From a virus (taxonomy: Duplodnaviria; Caudoviricetes), in IMG/VR virus record IMGVR_UViG_3300032301_000632, positions 14,136 through 78,135 of that record: a stretch of DNA of 64,000 nt, one strand, 5' to 3'. This document shows, piece by piece, positions 38,500 to 49,119 of the stretch. The position numbers were made by a program, and so were the translations under genes. Each line of letters opens with the position of its first letter. Position 1 is the stretch's first letter. The notes under the pieces were generated by a model. That model was not told the origin of the DNA, made no database searches, and saw nothing but the letters and a program-made list of their open reading frames with translations.

Positions 38500-39975
38500 T
38501 TATGTAGACCAAGGGATGGACCTAATTTCAACAGTAGAGTTAGCACCTACAACAACTGGTATTGAGTTGTAAGCTACACCAAAACAACATGGGAACTCAA
38601 CTACCTTTCCAGCTGAACCAGAAACACCCATAATAGTAGCTGTTCCTTCAGTGATTGCTATATACACCCACCTAGCACCTGAAGGAGAAGAAACATTCAT
38701 AGTAGTTTCACCTGTATTCTCATAAGCTATATACGTGGGTAAAATTCCTACTATTCCACCATATTGGTCTTGAGCAGGAGCTATATAAGCTAGTATATCT
38801 TCTACTGTAGCTGATATTGTATCTAGTCGAATCTCTATTCCAGTTACATCAGTTGTTCCACCACCTACACAGCAGTCTTGAAGCTGAGTAAGTATATCAG
38901 TAACTTTAGTAATAAGTGTTTCTAAAGAAGTTTCTATAGCCGTTGTACTAATAGTCCCACCTGTTTGCAACTCGGTTAAAACACTTTGTACAGTATTTTT
39001 AATTGTGGTGTCGGTGGTACTAATAGTATTTAGTACAGTCACAATAGGAGTAATATCTATAGTTCCACCACCGCCACCGCCAGGTACAGTATCGTCATCA
39101 CCACAGGGCACATAAGCAACTCTTGAGCAAGTACAATCTTTAATAGCTTGGAGTAAACAGATAATATTATCTAGCTTTTGTATCTCTATTTGTATATCTT
39201 GAATATTATCTAAAAAAGTATTAGTAATAGGGTCAGCGTCATTTAAATCAACTTTAGAGTTAATAGCTGGACCAGTTAACCTATTACTAATTGTAGTTAA
39301 TTGAGCTGATAGCCCAGACCCTACACTAGTATTTAGATTATCAATTTTTCCAGAGATTAATGTAACAGCATCATTTAAACTATCTGTTAAATCACCTATA
39401 TCAGAAGTGTCTACTTTAATACTATTTAAAGTACTTTCTAGTGTATCAATTAAAGGATTAATAGAATTTATGCGTGTGATAATAGTATCTTGTTTGGCTT
39501 CAGTAGCTTGACCCTCAGAAACAACTGTAATTGAGTCATTAAGAGAGGTAGTGTTGTCACGCACATCTTCTACTAAACCATTTAAAGTTGTAATTAGCCC
39601 ACTAATTGTTGTTAATAAAGTTGTGTGTGATAACTGAGTAGCTTCTTTAGTATTAGCTCCTAATCCAACTAAAGCAGATATATTAGCTGTATTTAACTGT
39701 ATTGTACTTAAATAGGTTTTTAAAGACTCTATAGTTGAATTTACAGCATCTATATCAGCAGTATTTTGGGTTGTACTATTTTGTTGTATAACCTGAAGAG
39801 CTATAATCTCATCTAATAAAGACTGTAAAGTAGTCTCTGAAGCAGGGTCACCTATTGGGCTGGTATTTAATAAAGTGGAGATTTTGTGTAGCAAAACAGC
39901 TAAATCTGTTTCAACAGGAGCACCAACACTCCCTCTATATTGTTTAAATTCACTTAAATCTGTATTGTATGTCAT
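38500..39975 (-). CDS. Coiled-coil fibre/whisker-like virion protein
   Basis: Long heptad-like Thr/Ile/Leu/Asp stretches, Gly hinges (PGGGGGG, VGGG), Cys clusters and a short beta-rich C-terminal domain; lies inside the virion block. Confidence 0.55.
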   Translation of the reverse strand: MTYNTDLSEFKQYRGSVGAPVETDLAVLLHKISTLLNTSPIGDPASETTLQSLLDEIIALQVIQQNSTTQNTADIDAVNSTIESLKTYLSTIQLNTANISALVGLGANTKEATQLSHTTLLTTISGLITTLNGLVEDVRDNTTSLNDSITVVSEGQATEAKQDTIITRINSINPLIDTLESTLNSIKVDTSDIGDLTDSLNDAVTLISGKIDNLNTSVGSGLSAQLTTISNRLTGPAINSKVDLNDADPITNTFLDNIQDIQIEIQKLDNIICLLQAIKDCTCSRVAYVPCGDDDTVPGGGGGGTIDITPIVTVLNTISTTDTTIKNTVQSVLTELQTGGTISTTAIETSLETLITKVTDILTQLQDCCVGGGTTDVTGIEIRLDTISATVEDILAYIAPAQDQYGGIVGILPTYIAYENTGETTMNVSSPSGARWVYIAITEGTATIMGVSGSAGKVVEFPCCFGVAYNSIPVVVGANSTVEIRSIPWST

Positions 39976-39976
39976 A

Positions 39977-40468
39977 TTAATTTTCTAAGATATCAATTAG
40001 TGTATACGAGAGACTAACAGTTATAGTATGATTTAGTATACCATCTATGAAAGTTATAACTTCTTGGTCATTCACTGTTTTAATTGTATACTCTGAATTT
40101 TCTGGTAAAACAGAAACTACATCATAGGTATTCTTTGGTAAGTTACATACCTCTTCACTAGTACTAAATGTATAATTTTCAATAGGTTTAGGAATAATCC
40201 ACTGTTGGGTTAATAAAGATACTTTACTCTTTCCAGTATAATATTCAACTGTATACCGTAATTTAGGGTCACCTGAAGAAGGTAATAATTTTAATTTTAC
40301 TAATCCGGTACTAGGGATAATAACTTTCACTTTTGTAGGAAAACTATACGGAATAATAGAACTGTTAGTATCTCTTATATGAACAACTAGATATTTAGAT
40401 TCTACAGGTTGGTCTTGACCTTCTACAATAATAGCTGGTGTAAATTTTAATTTTAAATTGGTATACAT
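39977..40468 (-). CDS. Hypothetical beta-rich virion-associated protein
   Basis: 163 aa; its stop lies 1 nt before the start of the next gene. Confidence 0.55.
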   Translation of the reverse strand: MYTNLKLKFTPAIIVEGQDQPVESKYLVVHIRDTNSSIIPYSFPTKVKVIIPSTGLVKLKLLPSSGDPKLRYTVEYYTGKSKVSLLTQQWIIPKPIENYTFSTSEEVCNLPKNTYDVVSVLPENSEYTIKTVNDQEVITFIDGILNHTITVSLSYTLIDILEN

Positions 40469-40505
40469 CTTTCTTTATAATTGACACATATCCTTATTGT
40501 AAACC

Positions 40506-42263
40506 TTAATTTAGCTCGTTTCGTATCCAAGCTTTTCTATAATTTCGTATAGATGATAAAACTCGTTTCTTACTTGTATGCTTATATTCAATAGGGGAAT
40601 AAGTATTAGTTGGTATACTAGCTCCACTAACACTAGGCTCAACTCTAAATCTATTACTACAGTTTATATTTATATAATTAGATAATGAGAAAGCAACACT
40701 AGCTACACAGTCAGCTAAATCTTTTGAAGAATTAACAGGGTGGTCAATTTTAGTGTGGTTAATTAGCTGTACAGATTTTAATTCTCTAATAATTAATGGA
40801 GTCCAAGGTGAGTTTTTAGGTAAAATCAATCTATCCTCATGAAGTAATCTACGTAGATAATCATAAATTTTTAGTTGATGTTGATTACTAAAATGAACAA
40901 CTGCTGAGTTTATACCTGAGCGTCGTAATCTTTGAATAGTTTCAGTAGAGTTATAGTGGTCAGCAGTTACTTTAGTTAGATTTCTATACTTATGTATTTT
41001 AGTAATTGCATCGGATACATCAGAGAATGATACTTCTGAGTTAATAGACGGCTGCCATACTAACATTCCATCTATGACAATCATTTGTTTACCAGATACA
41101 CTTTCAGCATGTCCAAAGGCTAAAGCGTAACCATCCTTTTTAATAGCTGGGTCTAAGTGTAAACAATTTAACTCATTAGGCTGCCCATAGGTTATATCGT
41201 CTATTGAAATGCATGCTAAATCATTCTCAATATAAGATGTAGATTGTATACAACTTTCTCCTCTAACAGCTCTATCTACTTCAATAGCTGATAGAAAAGC
41301 ATTGTGAGTAGTTGGTCGAATACCTTCAAACTCACAAGCTGCTGCTATTGGGTCAGATATATATTCGCTAGCCACTAGCAGATTATCTCTACTTGCATGT
41401 ACAGGATTTAAATCCCAACTTTTACACGTTAAAGTTAACGCATTTTTATCGAGTTTTAATCTATTAACAAGTTGATAAATAGCATCCTCTTCTTCCCAAG
41501 CAGATGAGATAGCTATTCTTTTATGGTCATTTTTAAATGGAGCGCAGGCGATACCTAAGTTAGACCATAACACTAAAGCATTATTCAAACCATCGGCTGA
41601 TTTAAATCGGGCCACCTCATCCATAACTAAACATTTTATAGTTAATCCTACTTGTCCTCCTGACTTTGAGTTACCTGAAATTATGTTTATTTGCTTTTCA
41701 TCATAAACTATTTCTTTTTTCCCTATAAATAATAGATTTTTAGATTCTAAATATGCAAAGTACTTACAGTTTTTTAAGATACCTACAATACTCTTAAACA
41801 CTGTAGACTTAGCTTGTTGTGCTGTTGTTGCTACAATTAAAATACTTATTGGAGTTGAATTTGAGATATTATAATATTCTTGAGGATTTTTTAGTTTACA
41901 TAAACGATAAAATTCATAAGCACAAATTATACTAGCTAAAGTAGTCTTACCAGAACGACGACCTGCTTCAATAGCAATCATCACTGGCTCTGTCAGTGTA
42001 TCTAAACTTTTAGGACAAACGTTTATTTTATCTGATATATGCCAATATTCTAATATACTTATATCATTAGTATCCAATTCTAATCCATAAGTTAGCTTTA
42101 AAACTAATCGCTGTTGTTGTGTTAATTTTATCCCTAAGTCTATTTCCTTATCAATAAACGTAATGATGTTGCAAATCTCATCATCTGTTTGTTCTTGTAA
42201 AGAAGACTCTAAATCATCCGCAAAATTTAATAGTAAATTTTGAAAATCGTCCTTGACTGACAT
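40506..42263 (-). CDS. terL: Terminase large subunit
   Basis: Walker A EAGRRSGKT, Walker B LVMDEVARF, RNase H-like LHLDPAIKKD and C-terminal DHP...KDLADCVA. The probable start is the ATG at 42263, which overlaps the upstream stop as TAATG. Confidence 0.92.
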   Translation of the reverse strand: MSVKDDFQNLLLNFADDLESSLQEQTDDEICNIITFIDKEIDLGIKLTQQQRLVLKLTYGLELDTNDISILEYWHISDKINVCPKSLDTLTEPVMIAIEAGRRSGKTTLASIICAYEFYRLCKLKNPQEYYNISNSTPISILIVATTAQQAKSTVFKSIVGILKNCKYFAYLESKNLLFIGKKEIVYDEKQINIISGNSKSGGQVGLTIKCLVMDEVARFKSADGLNNALVLWSNLGIACAPFKNDHKRIAISSAWEEEDAIYQLVNRLKLDKNALTLTCKSWDLNPVHASRDNLLVASEYISDPIAAACEFEGIRPTTHNAFLSAIEVDRAVRGESCIQSTSYIENDLACISIDDITYGQPNELNCLHLDPAIKKDGYALAFGHAESVSGKQMIVIDGMLVWQPSINSEVSFSDVSDAITKIHKYRNLTKVTADHYNSTETIQRLRRSGINSAVVHFSNQHQLKIYDYLRRLLHEDRLILPKNSPWTPLIIRELKSVQLINHTKIDHPVNSSKDLADCVASVAFSLSNYININCSNRFRVEPSVSGASIPTNTYSPIEYKHTSKKRVLSSIRNYRKAWIRNELN

Positions 42264-43027
42264 TAGGCTATACTTGTTAATGGTGTTACGTATACACCTT
42301 TTATTGTATAGGATACACAAGTATTTGTAGCTAATACTGATACAGCCAAGTTTAAAATCTGATTAGTTTTTAATAAAAAATTATCAGTTTGGGTATTATA
42401 TGAATGAATAATTTGTTGGAGATTATTATTTACAGCATAGGTGTTCTTACGATAAACCACATTAAATTGGTTATTTAAGATGTTAGGTTGAATTGTACAC
42501 GAACCAACAGGACAGTATAAAATAACATCAGTTATATTCAAATTACTATGTGGGTTAATAATTATAGGATAATTACCTGTGACTGTGGGGTTAAAGATTC
42601 CTGAAAAGGTAGTCTTAAAAGAAGAGTTAACCTGCTCAGGGGTTATTAATCCATGACAACTAGTTGTTCTAACTACAACACTATTGGCTGTTACATTACA
42701 CTTTTGGACATAAACCTCAGAATTATCAGGATTAATAAATTTTATAGTAATGTTAGTTTTTGTTACTAAAGCAGGATATGATAATAAAATATCATTTTCT
42801 GATATGGCACTAACTTTAGTGTTACTGACTAAAAGAGTTTCAAGACAATCATTTAAGCATACAACTTTAGCCAAAGGGTGTATACCAAAAGATAACCAAT
42901 TACCATTAGAAACTCGTTGATGGTCATGGTCATTATATTTAAGGTATACAGCTCTAACCTGGTCAGAGCCTGCACCAGTTGTTGTGTCACCTATATAAGC
43001 AATAGGTGTAACTCCAGATCTACTCAT
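42263..43027 (-). CDS. Hypothetical beta-rich protein
   Basis: 254 aa, translationally coupled to terL by the TAATG overlap. Confidence 0.6.
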   Translation of the reverse strand: MSRSGVTPIAYIGDTTTGAGSDQVRAVYLKYNDHDHQRVSNGNWLSFGIHPLAKVVCLNDCLETLLVSNTKVSAISENDILLSYPALVTKTNITIKFINPDNSEVYVQKCNVTANSVVVRTTSCHGLITPEQVNSSFKTTFSGIFNPTVTGNYPIIINPHSNLNITDVILYCPVGSCTIQPNILNNQFNVVYRKNTYAVNNNLQQIIHSYNTQTDNFLLKTNQILNLAVSVLATNTCVSYTIKGVYVTPLTSIA

Positions 43028-43248
43028 AGTAATAATTCAAATAATTTATTTAAGTCTATAGCTGTATACACTGCGGTTAATATTAGTAAGTCATACATTC
43101 TATGTTTGGTGAAGATACAAGTAAACAGTATACTAGCAGTTAGTTTTAGAGCTAACCCAATAATAAGATTATCGTTTAGCATTATATAATAACCAACAAG
43201 AGCTAAGATTGTAGCCACAGACCTACATACACTCACTTCACTGCTCAC
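43024..43248 (-). CDS. Small membrane protein (holin-like size)
   Basis: 74 aa with two to three hydrophobic segments; overlaps both neighbours. Function is not established. Confidence 0.45.
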   Translation of the reverse strand: MSSEVSVCRSVATILALVGYYIMLNDNLIIGLALKLTASILFTCIFTKHRMYDLLILTAVYTAIDLNKLFELLL

Positions 43249-43696
43249 TAATTACAAGGTTTCCCGACTGTATACTCAAAATTTGCAACTCATTTAAAAC
43301 AATTAAACTAGCAAAACTTCCTGTAAGAAGCGGGTATAGTAAATCTGTACCTGAGTTATCTATCATACACCAAATTATATAATGTGATATATTCCAAGTT
43401 TCTCCAGTAGGCACATAATCAAAACTAATCTCATCTGTATTTTGCACCCCTGATGTAAAGTTATTGCTAACAGCTGTCCAATCAAAAATGGTTATAGCAC
43501 TTTTTCTTTTTGCTGTACTTGTCCACCATGTGGTATCAACGCTAGAAGTGTTAGGATTATTAGCATTTTCGTGAATTGTCATTCCCCACTTGTATGGTCT
43601 TTTACCTAGTAGCGTTGTACTGCCAGTATCTCCATACAAATATTTATGTATATCCAATTTAAATGTACTAGTCTTTTTTACCATCTTAAATTCCAA
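43238..43696 (-). CDS. Phage tail-associated beta-sandwich protein (tail fibre adaptor-like)
   Basis: NTDEISF...WNISHYIIW...L..GNLVISE resembles the common N...ITFP...WG.ITHFGI...GSL.I small tail-protein family. Confidence 0.5.
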   Translation of the reverse strand: MEFKMVKKTSTFKLDIHKYLYGDTGSTTLLGKRPYKWGMTIHENANNPNTSSVDTTWWTSTAKRKSAITIFDWTAVSNNFTSGVQNTDEISFDYVPTGETWNISHYIIWCMIDNSGTDLLYPLLTGSFASLIVLNELQILSIQSGNLVISEQ

Positions 43697-43708
43697 ATTA
43701 TAATTTTA

Positions 43709-44986
43709 TTATACTACCTTTGTGATTGTCACTAAGCTTAAATTAGTCTCAGGTACAACACTATTTAAACTAGTATACACTTTAACAGCTCCATTAGGAG
43801 CTCCTCTACTTAACAATGATAAACTACTAGTTGTCTCGTTTAATAAACAATTCAATGTTATGTAATTATATAGTCTAACTTTATTAACAGTTTGTATATT
43901 AATAGTTGTTTCAGGAACTGTAATACTTAAACTATTATTAAGATATGTTGAGTCAATAATATTAGTAATTAAAGAGATAGTTGTTTGCTCTACTACTTCA
44001 TCAGCTAAAACTGCTCTATATAGTATAGTTGGAGTTTTAATTAAATAATTTATGTTTACATTAGTATAAGCGTATACGTAATGTTTATTAGCCGGACCTC
44101 CTCCTCCTCTACTAAAAAAAGTAGATAAATTGCATATAACATTTAGTTTAGAAACTGACATATTACTACTATAGCTAGATATTGGTCTAATATCTAAATC
44201 AGTTGTGGTGCGTAAGGCTGTACTAATTGGACGATAACCCGCATCTACGAATATAGTTCCATTAGCTTGTGTTATTCGTTGTGCTTCTGAGCCTGTAATA
44301 GCAGATAATTTTAGAGGTATATTTGGGTCTTCTAGTGTATTAATAACAAACCAAGTACTAGTAGTAGGGAATAAGGTTATTACTGTTTCAGTATTATCAT
44401 ATTCTAATATTTTAGTAGATGGGTTATCTACAATATCTTTATAGGACACAGTCTCATACCACTGTCCAGGAAGATAGTGAATGAATAATTTAGAATATTC
44501 TCCTATATCTCTAACATTAATTAAAATCTGCATACTGTTATAGCGACTCTTTAAAGTCTCTATATATGCAGCCCAACCTTTAACAAACAGGTTAGTTGTT
44601 CTTACCGGAGCTGTTTTACATACCCATATTAAATGTAAAGTCTGCTCAGGTAGTGAGTCCGCTACTAAAAAAAAGTAATCAGCATGGGAGGTTTTAACAA
44701 CCTTTGCTAAATCTTTTTTGTCTGTACCAAACTTATAGTTAACAACTTTAGCAGTATAGTCAAATGAATAATCTTTATTTAAAATAGTATACTGACCACT
44801 TTCTGATAGACCATAAGATTCTAGATGTAACCCTAAACTCCAAGGACTTAAAATATGAACAGGACCAGGAAAGCTCAGTATAAAATTTAAGGTTTCTAAA
44901 TTAATATACTCTAATACATTTTCTAAAGAGCCAAATGTATTTACCAGTAAACTATTTAAACTTTTTAATATTTTAGGATTAGTCAC
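43709..44986 (-). CDS. Hypothetical protein in the tail/baseplate block
   Basis: 425 aa ORF; no motif recognised. Confidence 0.6.
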   Translation of the reverse strand: MTNPKILKSLNSLLVNTFGSLENVLEYINLETLNFILSFPGPVHILSPWSLGLHLESYGLSESGQYTILNKDYSFDYTAKVVNYKFGTDKKDLAKVVKTSHADYFFLVADSLPEQTLHLIWVCKTAPVRTTNLFVKGWAAYIETLKSRYNSMQILINVRDIGEYSKLFIHYLPGQWYETVSYKDIVDNPSTKILEYDNTETVITLFPTTSTWFVINTLEDPNIPLKLSAITGSEAQRITQANGTIFVDAGYRPISTALRTTTDLDIRPISSYSSNMSVSKLNVICNLSTFFSRGGGGPANKHYVYAYTNVNINYLIKTPTILYRAVLADEVVEQTTISLITNIIDSTYLNNSLSITVPETTINIQTVNKVRLYNYITLNCLLNETTSSLSLLSRGAPNGAVKVYTSLNSVVPETNLSLVTITKVV

Positions 44987-45015
44987 TCTATCATATCTCC
45001 ATTAGTTGTTATTAT

Positions 45016-46215
45016 TTAATTGTCCCAAGGAAAAGGGGATACAGTTAAATCAGATATAAACCCTGCTCTTAAACCATAAATAGATAATCCATATTTATCT
45101 AACCAATTTCTATTACCCGCTTCACTATAGGCTGGTAATTTAACTTCTGGTAGTCCTACAATTTCTACTGGCTGAAGAGAAGCTTGATTGACTGTCCTAC
45201 CCGGGAGTATACTTTCTTCTTCTATTAACGCACTAACATCTGCATTAGTATGATGTTTAGAGTCTAACACTAGTAACTCTAGTGCATAGTAGACTCTATC
45301 AGACCTAGTAATAAAATATCTAAAAGACTGTATAAGACAATTGTATTTAATAGTTATAGCATTATCGATTGTACCTGGAGAAGAGTATACAACAAACCTA
45401 ATTTGCTTAGCCAGCTGAACTATTTCTCTTTCAAAAAACAGAGCTTTAGAATAAGCATCAAGTGGCATACTATTACTGTAAGCCTGTAAATCAGCACCTA
45501 ATGCAGCTGTCCCTATAACTGGATTAAGGTCTTTTCCTACCCCTGAAGTAGCTGCTTTAATTAATTGCTCTGACCCTATAAATAAACCAACAACTTGCAA
45601 TAAAGTACTTTGAACACCTAGTACCTGATAAATAGGAGGAGCACCTGGTACTGTAAAAGGTTTAATATCTACTGATGTTCGTTGTAGAATACCTGGCTTA
45701 ACTTCAGGAGTTTGACCAGCAGAAGATAAATTACTCTGCATACTAGGTAATAACGAGAAATAGAATCTATGACTCACTGAATCAGCATTATTCCACTCAA
45801 CATAAAATTTATCTACTGGAGAGTTATTTAAATTATCCTCTGAAGAAAGATTACTTCCGTTTGTGTTAGAGTCAACTGTTATTAAATCTTTATTAGCAGT
45901 ATTATAAAATGAATTAGGGTCATTCCATAAAGTAGTAATATCATATTCTGAGTTTGCAAACTCTCCAGTAAAAGACCCAACATTGTCTATAAAAGAATTG
46001 GAGTTATCTGTATCCTCCTCTTTCTGAGAAGCAACATTAGTTTGAGATTGAGAATTTATTACATCACCAACTCTAACATCGGCTAAGTTAGAATCAATTG
46101 CTAAACCTAATAAATCACCTAATGTTGTATTCTCATCTTTCTCAAAAGCTGCGGTTATAATGAGCTGATTATCCTCTCCAGGATTAGATAATGTTTGGAC
46201 TATATCAGTAGGCAT
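45016..46215 (-). CDS. Possible tail tube-initiator/baseplate protein
   Basis: Acidic N-terminus, then IKPFTVPGAPPIYQVLGVQSTLLQVVGLF and a terminal YALEL strand, similar to gpU/tube-initiator-like proteins. Confidence 0.4.
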   Translation of the reverse strand: MPTDIVQTLSNPGEDNQLIITAAFEKDENTTLGDLLGLAIDSNLADVRVGDVINSQSQTNVASQKEEDTDNSNSFIDNVGSFTGEFANSEYDITTLWNDPNSFYNTANKDLITVDSNTNGSNLSSEDNLNNSPVDKFYVEWNNADSVSHRFYFSLLPSMQSNLSSAGQTPEVKPGILQRTSVDIKPFTVPGAPPIYQVLGVQSTLLQVVGLFIGSEQLIKAATSGVGKDLNPVIGTAALGADLQAYSNSMPLDAYSKALFFEREIVQLAKQIRFVVYSSPGTIDNAITIKYNCLIQSFRYFITRSDRVYYALELLVLDSKHHTNADVSALIEEESILPGRTVNQASLQPVEIVGLPEVKLPAYSEAGNRNWLDKYGLSIYGLRAGFISDLTVSPFPWDN

Positions 46216-46217
46216 AT

Positions 46218-46751
46218 TTAAAACCTCCTCATAATCTCAAGACTATGTTCTTGGTATATTTGAGGTTCAATTTTTTTAAAACAAGCTACCCACTCTAAGT
46301 CATAACTCAACACATTAGATGCTTCAATAATTGTACCTTCTGTTAGGTCAATAGATTCTACTGAACTCTTAAATTTAACATTAGTCGCTAATCCTAATGA
46401 CCTATAAGAAAATTCTGAGGGAAAATTATAATTACGTAAGGTAGCTTTATTTAATAAATATACCGCTCCTAACTTTGTTAGAATTGAAGGCTTAGTTGAG
46501 TTATCAATATAACTAAATTTTCCTTTCTTTGTATACACCTCCCCATTTAGATTAGGGTAAACTAATTTATTTAAATGAGAATATACAAAGTGAGTAGCTT
46601 CTGGTAAGTATAAAAAATTAGCAGAGGGGATAGGCGGAAATTCTTCATTAGCCCACGCTGTTGGTTTTGCTAAAATAAACCAATATGTACTTGTAGCTGA
46701 CTCTGCAAGTAGTTTTTTTATAGATGATAAGACTGTATTAACACTAGACAT
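46218..46751 (-). CDS. Baseplate wedge subunit, T4 gp8-like
   Basis: YWFILAKPTAWANEEFPPIP resembles the gp8-type N-terminal Y..IG(R/K)..PW..E..PP.P motif; it sits next to other wedge genes. Confidence 0.5.
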   Translation of the reverse strand: MSSVNTVLSSIKKLLAESATSTYWFILAKPTAWANEEFPPIPSANFLYLPEATHFVYSHLNKLVYPNLNGEVYTKKGKFSYIDNSTKPSILTKLGAVYLLNKATLRNYNFPSEFSYRSLGLATNVKFKSSVESIDLTEGTIIEASNVLSYDLEWVACFKKIEPQIYQEHSLEIMRRF

Positions 46752-49119
46752 AAGTAATAATATTGTTATTGTATGTGACTACATTAAATATATACACCGT
46801 TTTAAACTTTACTCCTACAGCTAGTATATCAGTAATATCTTTAACTAATTGAGGGTTATGTGAAAATAGATATAATTCAATTATACCTCCTATTGAATTA
46901 ACATCAATAAACTCTACTCCAGATAGAGTTCGAGTGTACACCCCTAAGTTAGGACTAGCTAATAGATATTGTGCTAAATCTTCAAAAGTATTAATATTTA
47001 AAGATAAGTCAGTAAAAAGATTAGGATAATTTTCATAAATCTCATAGTCTGTATACACAGCATTTAGATATTTTATTAATTTAGAGAATTGATTACTATA
47101 TAGACCTACTCTACTTTCTAGTAAAATTTTATATACTTTATCATTTTGGAGGAACTTTCTACTTAATCCTTTTGAAGAGCCCCAGTTATCTAAGTATTTT
47201 CCTTGTGCTTTACTTAAAGCTAGTGAATTTTTTAATAAAGCATAACTCAAATACCAAGAGTAAGTATACTCAACAATCCCTCTCCAGATACTATCAATAA
47301 CCGATTCTTCATTTTTATCATTGTCTAAAAATATTGGTGCTAGTTTTTGCAGTCTAGCTAGCTCCATATCTCTAAAGTGTATACTCTCTCTAGAGTAAGT
47401 ATAAAATTTAGAAACTAAATTAGGTAAATTGTACCCGTCTAAAGATAATAAATAAGAGGTAGTTACTAACAAACTAGGTGAGCCATCAATGGTATATAAT
47501 CCATCTCCTATCACAGAACACTTATCTTGTATATCCCATTCTTTACTACTCAAATCTGCAATAGGATTTTCTACTAGTGAGTAAACATAACTAGATAAAG
47601 CTATCTCGTATTCTAATAAATTAACATTATATGCTTTAGCTAATTGAGTTTGCCAAAATAGTGTAGATGTCTGCTTATGCATAGTATACATTAACATTGA
47701 GCATACATAGGTTATATTATTTTCTGATGGTCGAATAACCTTATTAGCATTTAAAGTTGTCTCTAATGCAGCTAATAGTAGATGTATCCGTTCGCTATAT
47801 CTAACACATATGTAGTCTGAGAAAAAGAAATAAGTCATAACTGAGCAGCTATAACTATATGTGTTTGTTGTAAACCCTGAATCAAGAACAGTAGTAACGC
47901 TTAAACCTAAATCTATATTTGTTGTAAAGAGTAGTAAATTAGCTATAGAATTTATTAAATCTTCTACACCTTCTGGTGGATTTATATTATTTGGTATTTT
48001 CCTATTACAGAAATACTCACATGCTCTCAGTACTGCTAACCCTAACCAAGCATTATCATAAACGCTTCGTTCCCCATCAAGTAAACAGTTTATCGATAAC
48101 TCTGGCTCTCTAGGTAATAAACTAGGCAACCCATAAGTAGCAGTACTAATATTATTGAAATAAACTAACTCGGTTAAACATGAGTATAATAGCTCATCTT
48201 GATTAGTAGCTATTAAGCCTAAAATCCCCCATGCTACTTCAATGAGTTTAGTATTTGACATATTTATCCCAATGTTGCTACATGGTAAGTAACCGCGATT
48301 TGGTAAAGGTAAATATGATTGACTTATTATCTTGTCTAATACAGTACTCTTATCATTTTTATATGTCATGTATACAACCCCCTGTGGAATGTAGTTTACT
48401 ACTGCAACATAGTTCTCAGGATTGTAATAGTCTTGATGGACTACACTGTCAGTATACACTGTAGTTGCTAGTGGGCTATCATCTAAAAATCTAGTAGGGT
48501 CAATACTAAGTGGTTCCCAAACTGTTAACTCCTTGGGTTTAGGTAAGAAAAACTTCTGTAAACTTATCTCCTTATCTTCTTCTGTATGAAGTGTTTCACT
48601 ATTGTCATAGTAAAATGTTCTAGTGCATGAGCCAATCTCTAAAGGGATTCGTATACTAGCATTGAATTGGTTTACTACTATATTGCTATCTAGTTTGTAA
48701 TTTTCAACTATATTGTGAGAAGTACTACTATTATAGTAATAAACGCCACTATTAACTTTTAATTCTATGATACAGCTAGTATCGTAGTCTATAGTAAAAT
48801 ACTCATCAATAATGGTGTTTAAAAGAAACCCATCTTCTTTAGTTATAGTACGAATTTCTAGAGGGTCAGACTCACTAGCAGAGTTATCTTTAGTTGTTCT
48901 AAAGTATAAATCATTATCTTCATAATCTGGTAAATATGTATAATCTAAATTGTTATAGTATTTGTACGAGAAGTTTAATAAAGTTGGAGAGAATTGTATA
49001 TATATTGCATTAGGAGTATCTACAGGATGTGAGAAAACTGTAGATGTTAGAAGAGGACGTAGCCACTCATCTATATATGTTATATCCTGAATTAGTTGTG
49101 TAAAAAATAAACTATACAT
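46744..49119 (-). CDS. Large baseplate wedge protein (gpI/gp7-like C-terminus) with a central helical domain
   Basis: C-terminal AQGKYLDNWGSSKGLSRK...YKILL matches the G..LD..G...R wedge motif. It directly follows the baseplate J-like gene. Confidence 0.55.
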   Translation of the reverse strand: MYSLFFTQLIQDITYIDEWLRPLLTSTVFSHPVDTPNAIYIQFSPTLLNFSYKYYNNLDYTYLPDYEDNDLYFRTTKDNSASESDPLEIRTITKEDGFLLNTIIDEYFTIDYDTSCIIELKVNSGVYYYNSSTSHNIVENYKLDSNIVVNQFNASIRIPLEIGSCTRTFYYDNSETLHTEEDKEISLQKFFLPKPKELTVWEPLSIDPTRFLDDSPLATTVYTDSVVHQDYYNPENYVAVVNYIPQGVVYMTYKNDKSTVLDKIISQSYLPLPNRGYLPCSNIGINMSNTKLIEVAWGILGLIATNQDELLYSCLTELVYFNNISTATYGLPSLLPREPELSINCLLDGERSVYDNAWLGLAVLRACEYFCNRKIPNNINPPEGVEDLINSIANLLLFTTNIDLGLSVTTVLDSGFTTNTYSYSCSVMTYFFFSDYICVRYSERIHLLLAALETTLNANKVIRPSENNITYVCSMLMYTMHKQTSTLFWQTQLAKAYNVNLLEYEIALSSYVYSLVENPIADLSSKEWDIQDKCSVIGDGLYTIDGSPSLLVTTSYLLSLDGYNLPNLVSKFYTYSRESIHFRDMELARLQKLAPIFLDNDKNEESVIDSIWRGIVEYTYSWYLSYALLKNSLALSKAQGKYLDNWGSSKGLSRKFLQNDKVYKILLESRVGLYSNQFSKLIKYLNAVYTDYEIYENYPNLFTDLSLNINTFEDLAQYLLASPNLGVYTRTLSGVEFIDVNSIGGIIELYLFSHNPQLVKDITDILAVGVKFKTVYIFNVVTYNNNIITYV

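Noticed and set aside
40470-40505. Possible promoter (TTTACA-N18-TATAAA on the - strand) between terL and the 163 aa gene
   Set aside because: The spacing is non-optimal, it sits very close to the ATG, and such matches are expected by chance in AT-rich DNA.
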